From the NCBI GenBank assembly GCA_019310525.1, contig JAFDEE010000046.1:3452-67451 (forward strand): a stretch of DNA of 64,000 nucleotides. Direction: 5' to 3'. Source of the DNA: Deltaproteobacteria bacterium (GTDB lineage Bacteria > Desulfobacterota > DSM-4660 > Desulfatiglandales > HGW-15). Position 1 is the first letter of the stretch. The number at the start of each line of letters is the position of its first letter. The notes beneath the pieces were generated by a model. That model saw only the letters and a list, made by a program, of their open reading frames with translations, did no database searches and was not told where the DNA came from. Below are positions 36,446-46,105 of the stretch, piece by piece. The position numbers were made by a program, and so were the translations under genes.

Positions 36446-37516
36446 ATGATGCCCAAAAACCTCAAGATGGTTACTTACGTGTTATTCGGGAAAGGAGCCT
36501 TTGCGGAATTACCCGGCATTCTCCAGGAAAGACGAATCACTGCCAAGGCCCATGCCCTTTTTATCGTGGACGATGTTTTCCGGGGAACCCCGCTTGAGGA
36601 ACGTTTGCCCCTGGAAAAGGGAGACCAACTCCTCTGGGTCAATGTGGATGAAGAACCCACGACCTGGTACGTGGATGAACTCACGGCCGCGGCACGGGAT
36701 TTTTCCGATAAACACCCGGCCAGCGTACTGGGAATCGGCGGGGGCAGCACCATGGATCTGGCCAAGGCGGTCTCCGTTATGCTGACCAATCCCGGTTCAT
36801 CGGTGAAATACCAGGGTTGGGACCTCGTGCAGCACCCGGCGGTCCATCACATGGGCATCCCTACCCTCTCGGGTACCGGGGCAGAGGTTTCCCGGACCAC
36901 GGTTCTCTGCGGACCGGAGAAGAAACTCGGTATCAATTCAAACTATGTCGTATTCGATCAGATCCTGCTGGATCCCGAGCTTGTAGCAGACGCTCCGGTC
37001 GAGCAAAGGTTCTATACGGGAATGGATTGCTATATCCATTGCGTGGAGTCCCTCCGGGGGACCTATATCAATACCTTTGCCCGCGCCTATGCCGAAAAGG
37101 CCTTGAGCCTCTGCCGGGAAGTCTTCAGGGATGACGACCCGGAGCGGGACTCCAAGATGATGATGGCCTCCTATTTCGGGGGGTTGAGCATCGCCTATTC
37201 CCAGGTAGGAATCTGCCACGCCTTATCTTACGGATTGTCCTATGTTCTGGGGATCCATCACGGCATCGGCAATTGCATCGTTTTCGATTACCTGGAGGAG
37301 TACTATCCCGATGACGTCCGTGAATTCCGGGAACTGATGAAAAAGTGGAATATTTCCCTTCCCCGGAACATCACGCAGAGCGTCGAGGAAAAGGATCTGG
37401 AACGAATGATCGACGTGACCCTGGTGCTGGATCCTTTGTGGGAGAACGCTCTCGGCACCGAGTGGCGGAAGATCATGACCCGGGACAGGATCCGGGAACT
37501 CTATCGGAGGATGTGA
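36446..37516 (+). CDS. iron-containing alcohol dehydrogenase family protein (possibly KdnB-like oxidase)
   Basis: 356 aa; GGGSTMDLAKA motif and His-rich metal site region; GGAGGAG RBS. Confidence 0.8.
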   Translation: MMPKNLKMVTYVLFGKGAFAELPGILQERRITAKAHALFIVDDVFRGTPLEERLPLEKGDQLLWVNVDEEPTTWYVDELTAAARDFSDKHPASVLGIGGGSTMDLAKAVSVMLTNPGSSVKYQGWDLVQHPAVHHMGIPTLSGTGAEVSRTTVLCGPEKKLGINSNYVVFDQILLDPELVADAPVEQRFYTGMDCYIHCVESLRGTYINTFARAYAEKALSLCREVFRDDDPERDSKMMMASYFGGLSIAYSQVGICHALSYGLSYVLGIHHGIGNCIVFDYLEEYYPDDVREFRELMKKWNISLPRNITQSVEEKDLERMIDVTLVLDPLWENALGTEWRKIMTRDRIRELYRRM

Positions 37517-37924
37517 CGGGAGATGTTGCCGGTTTCTTTGGATCTATGGGGGGCTGGATTCCGTTGCCCGGCCCTCCCATTGAAGAAAACCATCCCCGCC
37601 CGTTTTATCTTGCCCCGCCTGCCTTTTCCTTTTCGGCCCCCTACCACCGCCACGGAGACAGGGAGAGAGCTTTGAACCCACTAAAAATTTATCTTGATAA
37701 TTCCCTGCTCCAAGCTGCGGGGAATTACCAATATAAATCACTCTCAGAAGTGCTGTAAAAGCAGAGACATAGTCTGGGATAAATATTTGCCGACATCTCT
37801 AACAGGTTGTTGAAAAACATAGCGAATGTTAGCGAGGAGAACATCCCGAGTCCCTGCTTGAAGCGGTATACCCTGTGATTTTTGGAAAGGTAGAATAGAA
37901 AAATTGTAATGCTCACTGGATTTA

Positions 37925-38960
37925 GGTTGGAGGGGCATGTAGATCTTTTCTTCGCTTCCGAATCTCCCGGCCTGGTTATTTCAAGGGGTTAGTGACGGGG
38001 GAGTTTTGCCCCCTCCGCCGATCTCCCGCTTTTACAAGCGGGAGCCGGGGTTTCCCCCATCCCTAACCCCATGAAATAACGAAGGCCTCCCGATAGGTCG
38101 CATCGAAAAGATCCCCATGCCCCTTTTTCGGTGGTGCGGGCAGTGGTTTTCAGGTGAAATCTTTGATCCAGCGATTCCTTGGACAGGTCCGCTGACAGCC
38201 GGCGGGTAGGCCTAGGAGGGTCTATCTGCTGGAAGGATGATTCGAGCAAGGGCCGATGGCCCCTTTTCTGGAGTGACCGGCGGGAGGGCGCCGTGGTTTT
38301 CGCGGTTTATCAGTGGGGGAAGCCGCAGCTCACGCTCTTCTTAGAGCGGGAGAATGCGGAGGGGGCCGGTGTCCCCCGCTGATAAGCCGCTGAAAACACC
38401 AGCCCGACGAAAGAAAAGGCGCCATCGGCCTTTTGGAGACTGTTATCGAAATGGAGTACTCACAGGCTTAGATTGAAGGGGCATGGGAGATCTTTTCTTC
38501 GTTCCCGAGTCTCCCGGCTTGGTTATTTCGTGTCCATCCATAAATGCCCCTTTTCCCCAATCTTCCGCCTTCGCTATGGCTACGGCGTGACCAGGCTGCG
38601 TCAGGCTCAGATTTTAATCCTCGAAATACTTCAATGTATTCCTGCGGTTAAAATCTTCGCCTTCCTTGACCTTGAACAAAATTGCCTATTTATGGATGGA
38701 CACTATTTCAAGGGGTTAGGGACGGGGGAGTTTTGCCCGCCGGCAGTCTGGCGTGGCCTCCCGACAGGTCACTTCCGAAAAGATCTCCATGCCCCTTCTC
38801 CCGGTGGTGCGGACGATGTTTTCAGGGAAAGCGCTTGATCCAGAAAGGGCCTGGAAAAGGCCCATTGCCACTCAGGCTCAATAGGCTCAGTTACAGTTGA
38901 AATTCGAGTACCAAGGCTTGATGTTTTCGGTCCTTTTCTGCCTGGAAGGATAGTTCGGCC
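37925..38960. repeat. composite intergenic repeat block R2 (inverted copy of R1)
   Basis: Reverse complement is collinear with 8757-9560; longer because a MITE is inserted at 38530-38703. Confidence 0.85.
38530..38703. mobile_element. MITE, GTGTCC-type, nested inside a palindromic repeat
   Basis: Ends gtgtccatccataaat / atttatggatggacac; perfect 6-bp duplication TATTTC (38524-38529, 38704-38709); removing it restores ggttatttcaaggggttaggga, the arm of the palindrome family. Confidence 0.9.
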
Positions 38961-39115
38961 CTCGAGGGAAATACCCGGTGATCCTCGGCCTGGACGGCGT
39001 AGCGCTTGTCCGCCGTTGTCTGGCGGACTTGTCACGCCGTAGCCGTAGCGAAGGCGGAAGACCGGGCAAAGTCAGGTGTTTTTCAAAGGTCTCAGGGGGA
39101 AGGAAGGATTCTGGA

Positions 39116-42100
39116 ATGCCATATATCGCCGATTTTCACATCCATTCCCACTATTCCCGGGCCACGGCCCGAAACCTGGTCCCCAGGGAAATCGCCTTTT
39201 GGGCCAGGAGAAAAGGGATCACTGTTGTTGGGACCGGGGATATGACTCACTCCGCCTGGTTGGTGGAGCTTCGCCGGGATCTGGAGGAAGCGGAGCAGGG
39301 CCTTTACCGTCTAAAACCCGACCTGGAGGAAGAGGTGCAAAGATCCCTTCCCGCTGCCTGCAGGGGGCCCGTTCGTTTTTTACTTTCCGGGGAAATAAGT
39401 TGCATATACAAGCGCGGGGGCAGGATACGGAAGGTCCACAACCTGGTTCTTCTCCCTGATTTTGATGCCGCCGCGCGTCTGAATGGTCGGCTGTCCAGGA
39501 TCGGAAACCTCAACTCGGACGGACGGCCCATTTTGGGGATCGATTCCAGGGACCTGCTCGAGATCGTCCTCGAGGTTGATGACCGGGCCTTTTTCATCCC
39601 GGCCCACATATGGACCCCCTGGTTCAGCCTTTTCGGAAGCAAATCCGGTTTCGATGCAGTGGAGGAGTGCTTTGACGACCTCACACCCCACATTCACGCT
39701 CTGGAGACCGGGCTCTCCTCTGATCCTCCCATGAATCGGCTTCTATCCACCCTGGACGGGTACCTCCTGGTTTCCAACAGCGACGCCCACTCTCCGTCCA
39801 AGTTGGGCCGCGAGGCCAATCTTTTCGATACCCCTTTGGGATATGATTCAATGCTGGAGGCCATGGTCACCCGTGAGGGTTTCTTGGGGACCGTGGAGTT
39901 CTTTCCAGAAGAGGGCAAGTACCATTACGACGGCCACCGGAAATGCGGAATCTCTTTCCATCCGCGGGAAACCCGTTCCTGGAACGGTCTCTGTCCTGAA
40001 TGCGGGAAACCCGTGACATTGGGAGTTCTCCACCGAATCGATGAATTGGCGGACAGAACATCCCCCCGACTCACCGAGCCCTTTTACAGCCTGATCCCGC
40101 TCCCGGAGATCCTTTCGGAGATCCTCGGTGCGGGTCCGGCCACCAAAAAGGTCCTGGGAGCCTACGAAGATCTTCTTGCCGCGTTGGGACCTGAACTTGC
40201 GATTCTCATGGACAGATCCTTGTCCGACATCGAGAGGGCCGGGGGCGCGCTGCTCGCGGAGGCCGTCGGCCGGATGAGAGAGAACCGGGTGATCCGGCAG
40301 GAGGGTTTCGATGGACAGTACGGCACCATCCGCCTTTTCCGGGAAAGGGAGATCGAGGAGTGGAGAGGCCAATTGGCGCTCTTTGCCGTCCCGGAGGTCC
40401 ATTCCCCGAAAAAAGAACGGGCGCCACAGCCTCCGAAAGATCACAGGCCCGTTACCCTGGAGGATCCCGCCTCGGAAAGGGCTCGATCCCATTCCGATCC
40501 CCTTCTGGGGCCCCTCAACCCCGCCCAGCGGGAAGCCGTGACCCACAGGGGGAGCCATCTTCTCATCGTGGCCGGGCCGGGCACGGGGAAAACCATGACC
40601 CTCACCCACCGGATCGCTTACCTTATTCGGGAGGGAGTGGCAAGGCCCGAGCAGGTCCTTGCCCTGACCTTCACCAACAAGGCGGCCAGGGAAATGGGGG
40701 AAAGGATCGAGTCCCTGCTCCCTGAAGCCTCCTCACGGGGTGTTTTCATCGCCACCTTCCATCGCTTCTGCCTGGAAGTATTGCGGGCGGAAGGAGGACG
40801 AACCGGTCTCCCGGAAGACTTCAGCCTTTGCCCGGAACGGGATACCCTCGGCCTGGTTCGAGAAGTGGTTTCTTCGTTGGGCAAGGGAAGCCGCGCAGCC
40901 CGATCCCTGCTGAAGGCCTTGCCCGGCCTGAAACGGGCCACCCTCTCCGACCCCCCGCACGACATCCCCATGGAGCTTGCCGTACCTTTTCGCCGCTACC
41001 AGGAAAGACTGAGAAAACTGGGCATGCTTGATCTTGACGACCTGGAAATCGAGACCCTGCGGCTTTTCCACCGGTGCCCGGAGGTCGCGGAAACCTACGC
41101 CCGGCGGTTTCCTTGGATCTTCGTGGACGAATATCAGGATACCAATCCCACCCAGGTTGAAATCCTGAAGACCTTGATCGGGACCTGTGCGTATCTGAGG
41201 GAAAGGGAATCGGAAACAAGTGAGAGAGTGCCGAGTCTTTGTGCGATCGGCGATCCGGACCAGGCCATCTATGGCTTTCGGGGCGCCGATGTGCGGAATT
41301 TTCACGCCTTTGAAAAGGATTTTGGCGGCGCCCGGAAGGTGATCCTTCCCGAGAACTACCGATCCACTCAGGCTATTCTGGACGCTGCCGCCGGCCTGAT
41401 GGGTAAAGGGGAGGCGCTAAAAGGCCACCGCGGGCGGGGCGAACCCTTATTCGTGGCCTCCTGCCGCACTTCCGAGGAGGAGGCTGAGATGATCGTGGAA
41501 CAGATTGAACGGCTTCTCGGTGGGACCACTTATTTCTCCCTGGACAGCGGTCGGGTGGAGTCCTTCGAGGAGGGGGAGAACCTCGGTTTCGGGGATATCG
41601 CGATCCTGTTCCGCCTGAACAGCCAAGGGGACGCCCTGGAGGAGGCCCTTGGAAGAGCAGGTATTCCCTTTGTGCGGTCTGGAGAAAGGCCCGTTATCGA
41701 GCGATATCCTGCAAGTCTCCTTTGGCGTTTCCTCCGGGCCCGGCTGTATCCCGATATCCCCTATTACCGTTCCGCGTACCTGGAACTGGCCGAGGAGAAA
41801 GGGAAGGAGGGCGAAAGAATCCTCCAGCTCCCGGTGCCCTCCGGATCCTTGCAAGAGATCATTGACCAGGCCCTGGCCCTTCATGAACTCAAGGACCTGT
41901 CCGAGGAAGAGGAATCCGTTCTCCGGAGATTCATGGAAGGGGCGGCTGATTTCAACGGGGAACCTTCCGCCTTTCTGGATCTTCTTTCATTGGAACGAGG
42001 CATCGACCATTCGATCCTTGCCGGGGACCGAACAGCCCTCATGTCCCTCCATGCAGCCAAGGGATTGGAATGGCCCGTGGTCTTTATCACGGGTTGTGAG

Positions 42101-42355
42101 AAAGACTTGATTCCTTGTTCTCTTTTCGGCACGAGGGACGAGGATGAGGAAAAGCGCCTCTTTTACGTCGGCATGACCCGGGCGCGGAATCGCTTGATTC
42201 TTTCCCATTCCGCCCGCCGGAACCTCAACGGCCGGATCCTGAAGGGAGGCCCTTCCCCATTCCTGGATCTGCTCCCGGGGGCATGCTGCAGGCCCCTGGA
42301 AAGGCGGCCCTGGAAGCCGAAAAAATCCCATCAAAAGCAGCTTCAGCTATTTTAA
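39116..42355 (+). CDS. fusion protein: EndoQ-like PHP nuclease domain plus UvrD/PcrA-type superfamily 1 helicase
   Basis: Start moved to MPYIADFHIHSHYSRA; N-terminal ~430 aa with PHP His motifs and a zinc-finger segment (HRKC...CPECGKPVTLGVLHRI); then LNPAQREAV, AGPGTGKT, VDEYQDT and C-terminal UvrD motifs. Confidence 0.85.
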   Translation: MPYIADFHIHSHYSRATARNLVPREIAFWARRKGITVVGTGDMTHSAWLVELRRDLEEAEQGLYRLKPDLEEEVQRSLPAACRGPVRFLLSGEISCIYKRGGRIRKVHNLVLLPDFDAAARLNGRLSRIGNLNSDGRPILGIDSRDLLEIVLEVDDRAFFIPAHIWTPWFSLFGSKSGFDAVEECFDDLTPHIHALETGLSSDPPMNRLLSTLDGYLLVSNSDAHSPSKLGREANLFDTPLGYDSMLEAMVTREGFLGTVEFFPEEGKYHYDGHRKCGISFHPRETRSWNGLCPECGKPVTLGVLHRIDELADRTSPRLTEPFYSLIPLPEILSEILGAGPATKKVLGAYEDLLAALGPELAILMDRSLSDIERAGGALLAEAVGRMRENRVIRQEGFDGQYGTIRLFREREIEEWRGQLALFAVPEVHSPKKERAPQPPKDHRPVTLEDPASERARSHSDPLLGPLNPAQREAVTHRGSHLLIVAGPGTGKTMTLTHRIAYLIREGVARPEQVLALTFTNKAAREMGERIESLLPEASSRGVFIATFHRFCLEVLRAEGGRTGLPEDFSLCPERDTLGLVREVVSSLGKGSRAARSLLKALPGLKRATLSDPPHDIPMELAVPFRRYQERLRKLGMLDLDDLEIETLRLFHRCPEVAETYARRFPWIFVDEYQDTNPTQVEILKTLIGTCAYLRERESETSERVPSLCAIGDPDQAIYGFRGADVRNFHAFEKDFGGARKVILPENYRSTQAILDAAAGLMGKGEALKGHRGRGEPLFVASCRTSEEEAEMIVEQIERLLGGTTYFSLDSGRVESFEEGENLGFGDIAILFRLNSQGDALEEALGRAGIPFVRSGERPVIERYPASLLWRFLRARLYPDIPYYRSAYLELAEEKGKEGERILQLPVPSGSLQEIIDQALALHELKDLSEEEESVLRRFMEGAADFNGEPSAFLDLLSLERGIDHSILAGDRTALMSLHAAKGLEWPVVFITGCEKDLIPCSLFGTRDEDEEKRLFYVGMTRARNRLILSHSARRNLNGRILKGGPSPFLDLLPGACCRPLERRPWKPKKSHQKQLQLF

Positions 42356-42416
42356 GGTTCTACTTTACGCTTCCCTGCCCATACTTGCTCGTTCGTCCAG
42401 GAATGGGGGGATTTGG

Positions 42417-43553
42417 TCAGTTGGGAGGCATGATGAAAGGAGGACACGTTTCCCCCGGGCCCGGCTGGAAAGCAGGATAATGGATGCCGGCCATCCGGGT
42501 GGTGATTTTGAAGTCCTCTTCAAGGGATTTTTTCAAGGCGACCATCTTTCGATCCAGGAGTCCCTGGACCCGTTCAAAAAGGCGCTTGGCAAGAAAGGAG
42601 GGCAGTTCCCTCAGGATATCGATACGGGAGCGATTGAGATGAATGAGATACAGGCCTCCTGTTTCTTTTTTCCGGGAGTCCTTCAGAATAAAGGTAAGTC
42701 CCAGGGCCACCTCGAAATAGTGGGTGGCATAGATCTGTTTCGATGCCACGATCATACCCCTGCTGGGGTTTGGGGGAGAAAATCGGGCCAGGTGATGAAT
42801 GCTGAAGACCGGCCGGAGGCTTCGTCTGTCGAAGGACTCGAATGTCCAGTAAAGGAGGTCCTCGATGTCGCGCGAACCGCGCCGGGGAAATTCTTTAAGG
42901 TGGGTCTGAAGCTCCGGGGCAAGGTCCCTGAGCAAGGAGGAACAGCGGATCATGTCTTCCATCTCGTCCTTTGCCCGGATGAGAGTCCTTTTATCGCAGT
43001 ACTCGATCAGGGCCCCGTCTCCGCGGGTCAGGTATTTTCGGACGTAGGCCACCATGGCCTCCCGGATGATTCGGTTCCCCCGCTCCCGGAAGCCGGGGGC
43101 CGAGGGATCCAACGGGCGGAATTTTTCCATAAGCGTCCCATCCGCCTTGACCTTGCAGTCGGTACTTCGGCAGCGTGAGAGTTCCTTGAGTTCATCCAGG
43201 GGAAGGGAGAGGCCCGAGAGGTCATCCAGTACCGGCCGATGGCTGAACTGACCCTTTCTCCGCGCCGAGGCCGTCTCGATGCACATCCCGTCCTTTCCAT
43301 ACCGGGCGGCGAAGAAGTCAGGCGGCACATTGATACGGGCGATTCCCAGAAGGGCCAGCTCCTGTTTCCGTCCACCGTTGAGGATCTTGATTACGACCTT
43401 CCCTTGCCCGATGTCCCGCACCTCGGCCGCCGTAAGGCTCAGTCGACCGCGAAGCAACCCCCGGGGGTCCCCCTCAGGGTACCGTTCGTGGGCCTCCACG
43501 GAAAAGGGCCCGGAGAGGATCAAGAGAAAAAGGACCCAAGAAAGCCATTGCAC
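42417..43553 (-). CDS. secreted protein of unknown function
   Basis: 378 aa; N-terminal signal peptide (LFLLILSGPFSVEA); no family recognised. Confidence 0.6.
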   Translation of the reverse strand: MQWLSWVLFLLILSGPFSVEAHERYPEGDPRGLLRGRLSLTAAEVRDIGQGKVVIKILNGGRKQELALLGIARINVPPDFFAARYGKDGMCIETASARRKGQFSHRPVLDDLSGLSLPLDELKELSRCRSTDCKVKADGTLMEKFRPLDPSAPGFRERGNRIIREAMVAYVRKYLTRGDGALIEYCDKRTLIRAKDEMEDMIRCSSLLRDLAPELQTHLKEFPRRGSRDIEDLLYWTFESFDRRSLRPVFSIHHLARFSPPNPSRGMIVASKQIYATHYFEVALGLTFILKDSRKKETGGLYLIHLNRSRIDILRELPSFLAKRLFERVQGLLDRKMVALKKSLEEDFKITTRMAGIHYPAFQPGPGETCPPFIMPPN

Positions 43554-43794
43554 GATTCGTTCTGGCGGGCGTTTAGGGAAGGTCGTATCGTTCTTGAATG
43601 GTGAGCGTTGAGCCTGGTTGGGGTAGGGGAGTGCGTGGTCGATTTTCTCTGACCTCCTGTCCTGGAATATCCTGCCTCACGATAATCATCGACCCTAAGG
43701 GTACAAATCTTGAAGGAAGGATCGGTCTTGAAGGAAAAGGGAAAGGACGATCCCTGAGCCAGCATAGCGGCATCAGGACGAGATACCAACCATC

Positions 43795-44433
43795 CTATTT
43801 TATGCCCAGGATGTCAAGGAGTTCTTCGAGACGGCGGATCACGTGATCCGGTTCGGGATCACCGGCATGCATCACCGATACATTGTCAGGGGCCAGAAGG
43901 ACAGTGGAAGCACCGGCCTCATGCCCGCAGATTACATCGAACCGAAAGTCCCCCACGACCAGTATTTCTTCAGGGGAGAGGCCCATTTTTCGGGCAGCCT
44001 GGTAGATGCCGTCAGGATGGGGTTTCGGCAAGGAGTTTTCCCGGGTGATGATCACGTCGAAATCCCCGGGGCCGATCCCATGGAATCGCTGGAATGCCAC
44101 CCGAACCGAGCGAAGGCTGTTCCTGGTCAGGATTCCCAGGAAAAAGCCCTCTCGCTTTAATGCCGAGATGCAGCTCTCTGCCCCTGCATTGGGAAGGGAG
44201 ACCCTGGCGGCGGCCGTTTCCCGCTCCTCGAGGATTTTTTCAAGGGGAGCTCTCTTTTCGGGGGGCAGGGCGTCCAGGAATTCGAGAATAGGCTTGTCCT
44301 CAGGGCACCGGATGGCCCGCTTGATGGCGGGGAAATCCAAGGCTCCCGGACAGGTCAAGGTGCCGTCGAAATCAAAAAGGACTCCCTTGATTTTTCGCTT
44401 GCCTGTGGGAGGAGATTTTTTCATAGACAGCAA
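43795..44433 (-). CDS. HAD-superfamily hydrolase (phosphatase-like)
   Basis: 212 aa; FDFDGTLT motif I and VGDFRFD motif IV region. Confidence 0.85.
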   Translation of the reverse strand: MLSMKKSPPTGKRKIKGVLFDFDGTLTCPGALDFPAIKRAIRCPEDKPILEFLDALPPEKRAPLEKILEERETAAARVSLPNAGAESCISALKREGFFLGILTRNSLRSVRVAFQRFHGIGPGDFDVIITRENSLPKPHPDGIYQAARKMGLSPEEILVVGDFRFDVICGHEAGASTVLLAPDNVSVMHAGDPEPDHVIRRLEELLDILGIK

Positions 44434-44491
44434 GGTTTACCTGGATTCCACACCGATGGGGAAAGCGAAGAAGAGGAAGGGGTTGTGATCT

Positions 44492-44698
44492 CTAATTTCC
44501 TTCCGCGTCTTTTTCAAGCTGGTACCGCTTTTCACTCTTCCTGCAGAGTTCCCAGATGATGCACTGTGGGCGAAACTTGCAATAACCGCAAGGATCCGTG
44601 CAGGCTTCACAATTATCGAGACACTCCTGGCAGTATCCGATCTCCATCTTTTCGCAACGCACCTGAGCTTCCCGGTCTGGATGGTAGCGGCATTTCAT
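44492..44698 (-). CDS. small cysteine-rich (B-box-like zinc finger) protein
   Basis: Start moved to MKCRYHPDRE (GGGGA RBS 8 nt upstream); 13 Cys in 68 aa. Confidence 0.55.
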   Translation of the reverse strand: MKCRYHPDREAQVRCEKMEIGYCQECLDNCEACTDPCGYCKFRPQCIIWELCRKSEKRYQLEKDAEGN

Positions 44699-44884
44699 CG
44701 GCGGATCCCCTTTCCCTCTCGCCGGCAAGAAGGTTCTATTGGATGCGGTACGCCGACCACAGGCTGAAAACCTTCCTGCCCCGGGGTAGATAGTCTATTC
44801 CATAATAGGTGATAAGGGCCGGGAGGACAATAGCCTGGGAGATTCCGAAGCGAAGAAAAGATCTCCATGCCCCTTCAATCTGGT

Positions 44885-45057
44885 GAGACCTTTGAAAAAC
44901 GCCCCCTTTTGCCCAATTGCGGCGTCAGGCTCAAATTTCAATCCTCAAAATACTAAATGTATTCCTGCGGTTGAAATTTTCGCCTTCCTTGAACTTGAAT
45001 ATCTCATTTATGAATTGGAAACTCACTAATGCCCAGATTTCATTTATGGATGGGCAC
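44885..45057. mobile_element. chimeric MITE: GAGACC-type end on one side, GTG(C)CC-type end on the other
   Basis: Left gagacctttgaaaaacg, right catttatggatgggcac; carries the shared hairpin core in minus orientation; near-identical flanks caatct / taatct. Confidence 0.7.
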
Positions 45058-45264
45058 TAATCTGATGAGTATTCCGAATATTGTCATGTATAGATGCCTG
45101 CCCTGTTTGGCACATTAAGCAGGGCAGTTGAAAATTTCGATTTCCCCTCCGAGGCGTAAGCTTGACCTTGAGCAAAATTGACCATTTTTCAAAAATCTCG
45201 TTTCAAAAGGGGGGGCATGTCAATGTCGCACGAAGGGGTTGAGTGGAAGGAGAACAAGGGGGGA

Positions 45265-45501
45265 TCAGCGGGACAGATAAGCCATGAGACTTTTCTTAAG
45301 TCGTTCATGGACTTCCCTCGGGACTCCTTCCTTAGACAATTCCTTGCATAAGGCCACGGTCCTTTTCAGGGAATCCAGGCACCGCTCGCATTCAGGACAT
45401 TCCCGGAGGTGATCCTCTATCTCCTTGCAGATGGATGAATCCAGTTCACCATCCAGGTACTCCGAGATCCTGTTGAACAAGGCTTTGCACTTTTCATGCA
45501 T
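45265..45501 (-). CDS. anti-sigma factor (zf-HC2 type)
   Basis: Start moved to MHEKCKALF; HLRECPECERC motif; overlaps the stop of the ECF sigma gene. Confidence 0.8.
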   Translation of the reverse strand: MHEKCKALFNRISEYLDGELDSSICKEIEDHLRECPECERCLDSLKRTVALCKELSKEGVPREVHERLKKSLMAYLSR

Positions 45502-46105
45502 GGTGTGCGCTCTCCTTGTAATGGCCGGAGATCTCCTTTCGTAAGAAAAGGCGGGCACGGTGCAGGCGGGTCTTCACCGATTGGGGAGTGATCCCCAGTA
45601 TCTCGGCCGTCTCCTCCGTGTTGAATCCCTGGAGATCCCTGAGATTGAAAACCATCCTGTATTTCGGAGGCAGTTTTACGATGGCAGCAGCGATGACCTC
45701 CTTGAGCTCGGTGCGGAGGAGGTCGTCGGAAGGGTTGTTCGACCAATCCGGGATTTCAAAGGCCTGGGGTCCCTTATCGGGGTTCCCGAGTTCTTCCAGG
45801 GACAATTCCCTGTCCGGCTCGAACTTTTTTTTCCTCCGCTTCCGGTAACAGGCATTGGCGGCGATTTTGAAGAGCCAATTTTTCAGCTTCGTCTCTTCCC
45901 TGAAGTCCTGAAGGGACTTGAAGGCGTTGAGGAAGGTCTCCTGCATGATGTCCTCGGCGTCCTGGGGGTGTCCGCACACCCTGAGACCGAAATTGAAGAG
46001 CGGTTCCTCGTACCTCTCCACGATCTTTTCCATGGCCTCCATGGAACCCTTCTTGAACCGGGTGATCAGCTCGTGATCCAGATCATCTGTCTTTATTGGA
46101 TTCAT
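45494..46105 (-). CDS. ECF-type RNA polymerase sigma-70 family factor
   Basis: 203 aa; regions 2 and 4 recognisable (DAEDIMQETFLNAFK; TAEILGITPQSVKTRLHRAR). Confidence 0.9.
   Translation of the reverse strand: MNPIKTDDLDHELITRFKKGSMEAMEKIVERYEEPLFNFGLRVCGHPQDAEDIMQETFLNAFKSLQDFREETKLKNWLFKIAANACYRKRRKKKFEPDRELSLEELGNPDKGPQAFEIPDWSNNPSDDLLRTELKEVIAAAIVKLPPKYRMVFNLRDLQGFNTEETAEILGITPQSVKTRLHRARLFLRKEISGHYKESAHHA

Noticed and set aside
38978-39115. N-terminal 46-codon extension of the EndoQ-UvrD ORF given in the ORF track
   Set aside because: The extension is encoded by repeat DNA (including a solo GAGACC-type end at 39076-39093). The conserved PHP motif starts right after the internal ATG at 39116, which has a purine-rich RBS.
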